Of a stretch of 64,000 nt of DNA, positions 18,601 through 24,200 are shown one piece after another. Every line of letters starts with the position of its first letter. The first letter of the stretch is position 1. Origin of the DNA: a virus; the IMG/VR virus record IMGVR_UViG_3300032334_001128, positions 32,001 through 96,000 of that record. The stretch is one strand, 5' to 3'. The notes beneath the pieces were generated by a model that saw only the letters and a program-made list of their open reading frames with translations, was not told where the DNA came from and did no database searches. Both the position numbers and the translations under genes were made by a program.

Positions 18601-21044
18601 AGCCTAAGGCTCCAAAGACTCCTAAAGCTATTGAAGCTCCTACAGTTGAAAAAGTTAGCAAGAAGTTTGAAGACGATTTAACTGCAGCTGAAGAAGCAAT
18701 CAGTCCTACCCCTGGACGACTTCCTAATCCTGAGCCTTACAACATTCCACGTGGTGGAGTGTACATGTATGACGAAAACGGTAACCGCCTACGTCAAGAT
18801 GGCACACCTTTTAGACCGATTGGTCCTTCAGATCTGGATGGCTTCGCTCAGTCCCTACCGACCGAGACAGTATCTCCTAAAGATTTCAAGGCTAGACAAG
18901 CTAAAGCTATAGCAGATAACAAGGCTGCTGCGGCTTCTATGATGGATATTTTCCGTAAGCGTATAAAGAACCCAGCTTGGCACAAATGGCAAGCTCCTTA
19001 CTCAGATTATCCTGCCGACGATCCAATGACTGCTCCGGTTAATCCGAGCAACATGCCATTTAACCCTTCATCTAATCATCAATATAGTGCGATAAACCAC
19101 CACGCTCTAGCTACTGCAGCTGCTGAACGTGGCTATACAGACCCTCGCTGGATGACTTCAGCACAGGCTAAAAAACTTGGTGCTACTGTTCGTGATGGCG
19201 AGCAGGGTGTGAAGATCATGACATTTATGACTATTGAAGATGAAGAATCTGGAGAGCGCTCAATAGTCCAAGTACCTAGATTTGTTTTTAACGCTCAGCA
19301 AATGGATGGTCTAGAGCCTTATAGTCCTAGCCAACAACCAAAGATGGATGCTGCACAGGCTATTGATTTCGTTCTTGGTAGATTTAGTGAAGCCGAGAAA
19401 AAGCGTGGCAAGAGTGGAAATATAAAGATCTGGGAGGATCTGTACGGTAGTGACACCCCTATGTGGAGTCCTGCAGGAGCTCGTAGGCCTGAAAATATTA
19501 GAATGCCTGATCGTAGCAAATACGACAGCCCTGAAGATTACCTATATAGTTTATTCCACGAACTAGCCCATGCAACTGGAACTCAGGATAGACAGGGTAG
19601 AGAAGCCCACCTAGCTCAAGCGCGTGGGGACATGACTATGGGTCAGCTAGCGGTTGAAGAAGCCACTGCCGAGATTGCTTCTCAGCTATTACTACAGCGT
19701 CTAGGTCTAAACTATAATCCAGACAGAACAGCCGAATACCTAAGATCTCACGATCTTAATGATGCTCAGCTAAATGAAGCAATGGCAAAAGCAGAGCTAG
19801 CAGTTGATTATGTACTAGGTAACGATGTTCTCCCTCCATGGCATAACAGCTCTAGCGACATGATGGAAGCTGCAGAAGTCCCTGGATATACTCCACCTGC
19901 TTCACGTAGCTGGAACCCTAATACTAACCTAGGTCCTCAGGACGCTCCTTCAGCATTCCCTGCTGGAACTCCAGGATCTGATGAAAACCCAGAAGTAACT
20001 GGTTTTGCTCAGAAGCCTGGAAAGTTTGACAGAACTGGTAAAAAGTCTGTAACTGATAGCAAGACTGCAACAGAAAAAGTTATGGCCGGTCTTCTTGAGA
20101 AGATCAAGCAGGGAGAGACTCCTTGGCGTAAGCCTTACAAAGAGGGCGAAAAGTACGCAGGTATAGCTCTACCTAGAAACCCATCGTCTAAGCACATCTA
20201 CTCGGGTGTAAACGCTATGGCTCTAAGATTTGCTCAAGAAGAGAATGGCTATAGCGATCCTCGATGGATGACCTATAACCAAGCTTCGGCAATGGGTGGT
20301 CAGGTACGTAAGGGTGAGAAGGGTACATTCATTCTTGTTCCTATGCGTATCACTCAGCAGGATGAGAAAGACCCAAACAAGAAGCGTTCATTCACCATGT
20401 TCAAAGCTACTGCAGTATTTAACGCTGAGCAGATTGATGGTCTGAATCTACCTGAACTATCTACAGAGAGCCTCCCTAAGATGACTCCTCTAGATGCACA
20501 GGAATTCATTGTTGAGCGTTACAAGAAGGCAATGGCAGCTCGTACCGGCAAGGCTCCAAACATCAAACATACTTATGTTGGAAGTGGTGGAGCACACCAG
20601 GCTCCAAACTGGGGAACCTTATCGGATGAAGTTACTCTACCTAACCTAGAGCAATTTAATTCTCCTGAAGATCTGTTTGACACAATCGCTCACGAACTTG
20701 TACACAGTACAGGCCACCCAGATCGTCTAGACAGATCGGATCTAACCAAGGACTATGCCAATGATTTAGAGTCTAGAGCTAGAGAAGAACTTATTGCTGA
20801 AATTGGAGGTGCTCTACTAGCTAATATGTTTGGTGTAGATGCAACATTTGATAACAGTGCAGCATATGTTCAAAGCTGGCTAAAGCACCTACAATCCAAC
20901 CCAGACGAGATTATCAATGCAACTAGCCAGGCCCAAAAAGCTGTAGACTATATTCTTGGTACAGATCTTGGAGACTGGAGCCCGATTGACGGATATAGCA
21001 TTGGAAATGCTGTCCAAAAACCTACAGAAGAAGAGGAGTCATAA
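6657..21044 (+). CDS. Giant (4795 aa) polyvalent head-module protein: GFxQxxG-delimited modules, a ParB/Srx-like domain, two ArdC-like ssDNA-binding + zincin units
   Basis: Single uninterrupted ORF with an AGGAAGG RBS. Contains EGNHRLAAA (ParB-like, ~17586-17816), NPSS.H.YS.+N / DPRWMT..QA...G..VR.GE.G / VFNA.Q.DGL (ArdC N-domain) twice, and HELAH (19557) and HELVH (20691). Confidence 0.85.
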   Translation: MSQNLSALVAALETINQKDLELSVVETEQIFKKGVVTHVLQQNALVASIRQVAIKDVLKFTDRYIASKLDNEDPRDVFFNAAREVTSFVEYAVNGPALERVMAVEHRDLLPAAHPFSTKTISPITASALRVRNAAWVAWDPRITDDAARKAVFDAYVQQPNTTKGLYAVARLESLTASVVPADIKLGAVTAAFGVGNPFAGNNSSAARSARAKLQRRDRKGRFAEMGGGSRILAMIGNMIKSFTGKFAGIPQDSNNIEVEIAGNSDLPGGIYSVPASKVEGLKAILRGNMVSPAVPANSRNSRAAIDLQDLLASRKSAPTGWTDNGDGKFTSADGYSVSQIDIPQDATGMNDKNGNFLPFELQGKFIGAGPNGSYDRSKPVFELKDANGNVVGRAQEWANLQKLAADSDESKGAAPKTKARLRTPQPAGFRQEPGDNTEPIDVVGDSEVEPLPAPPRKEDDNFEANYINYLATKDYKAKDVTDTDGKYFLSEQELADGGKLWQVGDDMDDNGPQYVAQKADGTFEVNGKTFYPKNYGGDVISAADDAFSTADKNRSAGKRGFAQEAGSEEKVNSETLDGWAKKYGAVETTTPDDTAKNMRRWALDGHDIVMENANTDSIKPYNFKIKITEGPDAGKFYWGSSVADIPSNYQYGLSREEDLEQLFSFPKNIKRKKDGLEPLKTDKNQQRDSKIERIKNNRAQRAKVTNAIATADPKKIQEALDDAAIPEKYQDVLKAQLKKAQDFENGLSEDPHWTKDEIAAIEQMAKDYGYEGDIVPNEEGVYSFTLGSEDDYSWAELTIFPGNRADLTQYTTGAYSPGGWDEPPSQDVDSETRSIPVGSSMDDLENIFAGGDNSSDAPEPPERDEDEGFYQKPGEEPEIKTVDDYVNSKYGRGFKETTTEADKAAGRRVWFYEDTDTGGGGEVTQNADGTVDISGTTFSQGMFGERQSEFDDSFDPNFYGEGEDGRVGAIDDAFGTIKYKTGDPGVPDSDGFEQAPGLPGFRQKSGKGKFELPEDFDSVKNWKDLGNGKYEYTSKDGRLKVRYNEEFDAEPDGEGGMRGYENSYAEIELDGEVIEDSLDANGASFLFGEGEREFEPAELADRVVKSLKDAQSKGFKQEAGKDSEAQAESYLNELEQDASEILDRNPMGTTEWTSKDGRVKAVHGDDGSAGEYVEVFLDGKSIGGVGKYSPVEDPKTGNYSEPWDSPDKEPGWVADGIYELLKENLATEGFKQEAGKEKFELSKEFYNDKNWSKEPFKNPEWTSADGKVKVKYVSDGDVNDEGRPVDTSYLEVSVDGEVIGDISAPNALQYNAGDPNDPEYMRTGIPSSKLELDEYGDDVQAMVDNHLKSKGGFKQSAGEAGGVRKSHISDLDNWSSDPSDGGEGTYTSPDGRLTLEAMADADTDGEGGMKDLSRIAVSYDGEEIGTLPKLGVMYNEADLADDVDNLVSKYLEKQTGGFNQQPGSGRRKVGNFRVIPREEFTDIVGAADTSDGGIVRLEKTKNGTITPTAYNRFGQVMAQSEPTTDLDAALKEGERLLSGLEGKAQDSPEVSGFSQKPGEEPPAWTKDPATPLQYNKLQGILDNQADRLPTDVRDMVEEAVANKALTKGEMGKLLAEVGKSADLSISYTPKVDKAHASDRANWKYDKKSKSYSYTSADGRLSINAVSPEDGATTVTYDGKPVQISRPYGSEIWQSVDNGGVPIGDSVDTAIKDRLDFENKTGIYSDKSGFAQAPGSTSKAIRTPQPQVDEGRAASAKFAKDGFLEQTTNYGSGDSDLSWEIDVDDMESAAIVVKYSPNRGTWYAYAQYRDKRGNLSTAENGDLGDFKTAEEAMAAASAFNNDEDRMDEYNEIIRDARKARMQAVATKFEEAVANKDYDALKELLNDEDVLTSEDSDFLENDILEEMNSISLEEERQSDVEDALASNDKDRLEELLGDDDYEEYHSRLEDAINDFKHGEEDPDGFEQAPGKKLTPRNNQTLKPNSIGGYDTGTDGDGYIEVNPNKDGTWEVSHAYNYLIDENGPEGVMDEGSQTFKTKEEAMAYANDKLEYYNSQEVYDDASDHAMEAAYRGGMYDEGFEQRPGRQVNIGDFEVFKGNYSLSDKFEDFNVRIEKTPEGKWKVTPSVFGFPGNDVNRREDWFDQTPQTFDNLEDAKKSAVKEANYLSNDTNRSGALDERGPGYGFAQKPGKKVSPEVSAKNKELAKRLMEKGAFDPDGGLDEDDPDYEALQDIKDRNEAYLDNLAATDPAEYFYTIAKAGEFMGAEPSDFRRMIEKPYNYHAEVLESEMNSWVGDNNSGYWLDEIGHGSEGEGFAQKAGTKKVNPKAAIQKIIDAAPKDQGFAQRAGKEDGLKSNGTIAGDIYDPETYGMMDWASKWTDFSVSEGENRLGEWWKWQEEFGQWAVSEDPKEAAGQGLVDVYTLRDILDGNVGTFNPLSKRDSGWRDRGDGSHEFKSETINIFPTKNDDGTFDYTITNAATDELIDTIENVGAADSVENLISGEFRSDLEDIGYEVSGRSSNAVNLFSDPYDRSRGFAQKSGSDSGLLEENPAAIKLSGKFSDTGSGGINYQDSEGRSKGSVQMFFTKDKNGKESYGWMVEYLPSNGEGIVRKSFMQKYDGAYEGKPWIAAEKHLRNLIAKDNASQNKQKTGGFSAKQMEPATPAQYALLQEYADERVPADDLTAQAIQDALANRNLTKAQMSALIGPMNDAEFKPGVDPNKPSDRALKSLNSKLVTKDLTPEEVKDILDNLPNMNRAEVDALNDRLRRKKDRPETIGFAQEPGGSDDENMEQLMGDDLGNDRNVETQGEMSDYYNSLKGDRIAELQKKLDAANEEINIFGLDDLQEMLDEADPDSEANLKRYGKTWPAEQSYIAAQDLRDAAEQIRNSNNPNVDKSLADDLDNAANQVMKRMEDRINPLLFASVEDPYGTNFDLGDVDTDLDQMRELYFETDTDEIKKYLDQTGVYGDVRSGGAEAVVSDKPEEDGENKGKYRASVSYGGGTAADDQVEYFDDPEDAKDWAANEVSNLSSYHQVGLTHPDKSFSDLDAERDAAIANGTEQEFLSRLSDVAKIMRDQRGDEKLSRELDDYVERAQAALDKKKGNAGGQGFAQRPGSDENEQDIIDDIKSRGQDIIDGLRDNGKIDVETDEEFEARIADYQRNLDGLLFQLNFGNSDTLERFGMDFDSTAWTSSGNDELLAQLEDLVPEARRRRSSAIYGSRGFAQEPGSGTPVRNDKLNPTSDGGFGTNPYSDSQIEVNPTKDGKWEVNHAYNYMIDENGPTGTIDEGSKLFDSKEEALAFANEKLDYYNSSDVDRDAEDHNADRYTGFDQKPGNAVVSPKMGEPASDAQYDYLKELGDTQDGISPDLATAIQDALSSKNLTKAQVGALLGQLRALKPKAGIDTSKPTPRQIQRVKDLANSLGLSPAEKRKLGLSKVSSMSSDEVQKLIDNLKRRGGGDEGSGGVRPKGRPGDKPGGGGSVGQVPGKLISYTPRSKFLEKDRSDAKEIYDRVNKNLDKYASQDSEFAKKLEESKKKYPEGIYSMIDIAADPNSTQQQIDDVIKDVNDLNKALQSSKADVFAGDTNVLDGLAKYKFAELTPEVNKQKLSGGSKKHSEGDTVDSRFSAMYNPNLVEYKSSENGRGSTNTAIGYVTTDALEGMAGNEIRNASVVNDIAKDLKNGVGFKEPIIMIYDPKTGKAFITEGNHRLAAAKKAGVKYVPVRIVNLDVAPGDQIKMERVGKPLGRRAAPIGGGEWSSTIQPSQIFDDSQLLQEDAGGFAQAAGSPRAKRFNEMAADRKFVDATTEKDAKKDISRWSREENGLKTEITERNGRFTAKFSDKPKEEVDLGINESAAFKEAERQIMLRTAEFDTVDLDGFAQKEGDKGPKRQRVLEAIASVSNALGLFDEWKGKTTKVREDVNNVGEFVNNMRYVKADLEKAINNLKNSKGVEEKMAAISELTAAIKKAKLAARIAKDRWKRNHPEDLKPKAPKTPKAIEAPTVEKVSKKFEDDLTAAEEAISPTPGRLPNPEPYNIPRGGVYMYDENGNRLRQDGTPFRPIGPSDLDGFAQSLPTETVSPKDFKARQAKAIADNKAAAASMMDIFRKRIKNPAWHKWQAPYSDYPADDPMTAPVNPSNMPFNPSSNHQYSAINHHALATAAAERGYTDPRWMTSAQAKKLGATVRDGEQGVKIMTFMTIEDEESGERSIVQVPRFVFNAQQMDGLEPYSPSQQPKMDAAQAIDFVLGRFSEAEKKRGKSGNIKIWEDLYGSDTPMWSPAGARRPENIRMPDRSKYDSPEDYLYSLFHELAHATGTQDRQGREAHLAQARGDMTMGQLAVEEATAEIASQLLLQRLGLNYNPDRTAEYLRSHDLNDAQLNEAMAKAELAVDYVLGNDVLPPWHNSSSDMMEAAEVPGYTPPASRSWNPNTNLGPQDAPSAFPAGTPGSDENPEVTGFAQKPGKFDRTGKKSVTDSKTATEKVMAGLLEKIKQGETPWRKPYKEGEKYAGIALPRNPSSKHIYSGVNAMALRFAQEENGYSDPRWMTYNQASAMGGQVRKGEKGTFILVPMRITQQDEKDPNKKRSFTMFKATAVFNAEQIDGLNLPELSTESLPKMTPLDAQEFIVERYKKAMAARTGKAPNIKHTYVGSGGAHQAPNWGTLSDEVTLPNLEQFNSPEDLFDTIAHELVHSTGHPDRLDRSDLTKDYANDLESRAREELIAEIGGALLANMFGVDATFDNSAAYVQSWLKHLQSNPDEIINATSQAQKAVDYILGTDLGDWSPIDGYSIGNAVQKPTEEEES
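7941..20021 (+). repeat. 25 dispersed in-frame copies of the peptide G-F-x-Q-x-x-G (24 complete, one GFAQSLP)
   Basis: First-G positions: 7941, 8337, 9261, 9630, 9657, 9999, 10344, 10713, 11028, 11313, 11841, 12543, 12885, 13200, 13587, 13671, 14250, 14976, 15969, 16308, 16626, 17973, 18270, 18840, 20001. A degenerate GFSAK lies at 14601. Confidence 0.95.
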
Positions 21045-21214
21045 TGGCTAAAAAAGAAATGCCAGAAGATCCAATGGAGCCTAAACGTTACACAGAAGAT
21101 GACCCAGAGTACTGGGCTCTGATGGCAAGAATTATTGGCAACCCTGTTCCAGACTTTGAAGATGATTCTGATGAAGTCGATGAAAATGGCGTCTACCGCG
21201 GAAAATCGAAATAG
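21044..21214 (+). CDS. Small acidic protein (56 aa), absent from the ORF track
   Basis: The ATG overlaps the giant gene's stop (TAATG) and follows GAGGAG. Translation: MAKKEMPEDPMEPKRYTEDDPEYWALMARIIGNPVPDFEDDSDEVDENGVYRGKSK. Confidence 0.65.
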   Translation: MAKKEMPEDPMEPKRYTEDDPEYWALMARIIGNPVPDFEDDSDEVDENGVYRGKSK

Positions 21215-21275
21215 TCACTTTTACAATAGAAGTGTACAATAAATATAAATACTACTCAACAACAGGACTTTTTAG

Positions 21276-24200
21276 ATGATCACATTTATCGGCCAATCTG
21301 GGTCGTTGCTCTTGTTTACAAGTGAGCACCATGGTGTAGTTGTCGACACCGATTTTAATATGGTTGTTGAGTCAGGCGTTCCTGAGACTCTATTTTCTAG
21401 CCGTAGCTGGGAAAAATCTGATACAGAGCCTGGTCAAGATCTAACTGCTTTAGCCTCCATCTCTTTACAGACTATGGATGCAAAAACTATTATTGCGTCT
21501 GCTGGACGTATGTATACCATTCCAAAATCTGCTCAAGCAGAAGCCAAGAAAGCTCTTGAATGGCACAAGGAGCACCACCGTGGCGGCACTCCTGTCGGCA
21601 TGAATACAGCAAGAATTCTTGCTAAGGGTGGGCAAATAAGCCTACAAAAAGTACGCCACATCGCAAAGTACTTCCCTCGTCACGAAGTTGACAAAAAGGG
21701 TAAAGGCTGGAAGCCAGGCCAAGATAACTTCCCAAGCAACGGCAGAATTGCGTGGGCCTTGTGGGGTGGTGATTCAGCTTGGCGTTGGGCTGTTGATATT
21801 GTAAAACACGCAGATCCAAAACCAATTAAAGCTGGTGGCGGTTATCTGGCTCAGCAACAGCCTCAAGACCCTTTCCACAATGCGTTCACTCTTGAAGAAA
21901 ACTATGGTCCAGAGTTTATGGCTCGTGTATGCCTTGATGGATCTGGACTAGATCGCCTATACAAAGTTGACATCGATGGTCAAGTTTACGTGTGGGATAA
22001 CGACTGCTGGGACGACATGGGAAATGTCGACAGCGATGTCTGGGACTATGACCAGGGGTTAGATTATGAAGATGATGGCATAGAAAAAAGTCACATTCTT
22101 ATTGATGCATCGTCTGCTGTAATGATTGCAGCTCGTTTGGCAAACAATCCTTTCGGCAAAGTTTCTGTTTTTGATCTTGATGAGGACGAAGCTAGACTAG
22201 CTGCCCGATCAATTCCTGAAGAAGACTGGGAGATGATTGACCTAGGTATGGTAGCTGCTGGTGAAGGTGGTATTGGCCCAGCGTCATATACTCCAAAGGA
22301 ACGTGCAGCAAACGTAGCTAAGCAACCTCGCTCTGCGGGTGGAAGATTTGGATCAAAGGGTAGTAAGGCTCAAGTTGGCCAGAAGACTACACCTGGAGCT
22401 AGCAACCCTGGTTCAGCTCCAAGTGCTGGAAAACCTGGGGGCATAAGCCTGGAAGATCAGAGAAAGAATGCTAACTCCGGTCTTCCTCCTCAAGAAATAC
22501 TTGAAGGTCCTCTAGATACTTCTGGAATCCTTGGAGAACCTCGTACTCCAATCGATAGACCTAACGCTCGAATATCTGGCACTCTTCCTGCAATGACAAA
22601 GGAAGATCTCCACCAGGTTCTTTATGACTTCCCTGCTTGGGTTCAGAGCCAGCGTGCTTCTTATAGTCCTGGTGATTACCACACTCCTATGACTAGTGCT
22701 GGTGATGAGAAAAAAGAATCAGAAGACCCAGAATCTTACGACCACCCTTTACTTAAAAAGTGGCGTGCCACTAAACTCCGCGAAGAGATCAAACCTTCTA
22801 CAGACACTAGCTGGGCAGCCCCGGTTGTTGCTGCTGCAGGAGTGGCTGAGGCTCAGAAGCCAGCCGTAGATCCTGAGAAGGAAGTTCAAAAAGATGAAGC
22901 CAAACCAGAAGGTGCTCCAAAGAGCAATCCAAAACCTAGCGATCCTGGTAAGCCGGTACAGCTTACTCCTGAAACTTCTGACGTACAGCCTCTGTATTTT
23001 GCTATTGTTGCTCCAGATGACCCTCAAGCAGTAACCGATCTAATTAGCATGGTCCCAGCCAGCTCAACGTCAACTGCTCCTATGATCTACAAGCGCTTAG
23101 ATAAGAAGTGGGTTCGTGATGAGAAGACACTTGCTGATCTAAAGTCTGCAACTCCTCCACCTGTTGTCCCTCTTGACTCTGCAACTCTGAACGATGTTCT
23201 AAAGCAGGTTGACGGTCTAGTTGCATCTGCTGGTTACCTACAACACCAGATGATAGTTCTATGGGGACCTAGAGAAGATATTCTTGTTGCTGCTGGTGGC
23301 CTTGATAAAAACAGAGGTAACGCAGAAGAACTTCGCCGTTACTGGACTGTTGGCAAGGGTGCAGCCAAGATTCGTTGGAACACTAAGGGTGACTGGACTC
23401 GTTGTGTTCGTCATTTAGAAAAGTATCTAGGCCCACGTGCTAAGGGATATTGTGCTCTACGCCACAAGGAAGTTACTGGTCTGTGGACTGGTGATAAGCG
23501 CCATCGTGAGCTATATGGACGTAAGGGTGTAAATAGTAACAAGGCATTCTTCAGTGATGAAGTCCTTAAGTCTTCAGAAATGGTCATCGACTCAGTAACC
23601 TTAGTTGCTCGTGCTAATGATGCTAAGCACCGTCTAGGTCTATTGGCAAGTGCACCTATTGCCACATCTACTAATGGAGGAATGTTCCGTATTCCTTTAG
23701 TAATCCCTGAGGGTAAGCAAACCGGAGATGGTCGTACTTTCCGCAAGGGATCAATCACAATGCGTGAACTACCACTGCCATTGCTATGGCAAGTTAGAAC
23801 TTCAGACGGACACAATGGGTCCGTTGTAATCGGTCGAATTGACCGAATGGAGCGTACTGAAGAAGGTATTGGAAATGCTGTTGGCATTTTTGATACTGGA
23901 GAGTATGGGCGTGAAGCCGAACGTTTGGTTCGCAACGGATTTATTCGTGGCGTATCAGCCGATATGGATCAGTTCGAGGCTGAAGAAGAAAAAGAAAAGA
24001 AAACTTCTAAGTCAAAGACTGAGAACGACATCGACATCGATGACGATAAAAAAGTTGGTGGGGACAAACTCACTATAAATAAAGCTCGGGTAATGGCAGT
24101 CACTATGGTGCCAAAGCCCGCGTTCCAAGAATGCAAAATCTTCCTCGTAGAGGAAGGTGAACCCCAGGAGGATAATATGATTCCACAAGATGGAATATAT

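Noticed and set aside
6995-19519. Numerous antisense and alternate-frame ORFs within the giant gene
   Set aside because: These are shadow ORFs of a long coding strand, with no RBS or motif support.
6657-21044. Giant ORF as an artefact of mis-assembly or fused separate genes
   Set aside because: The frame is continuous for 14.4 kb, duplicated modules are diverged rather than identical, and the junction motif shows synonymous variation. Read-level confirmation is still desirable.
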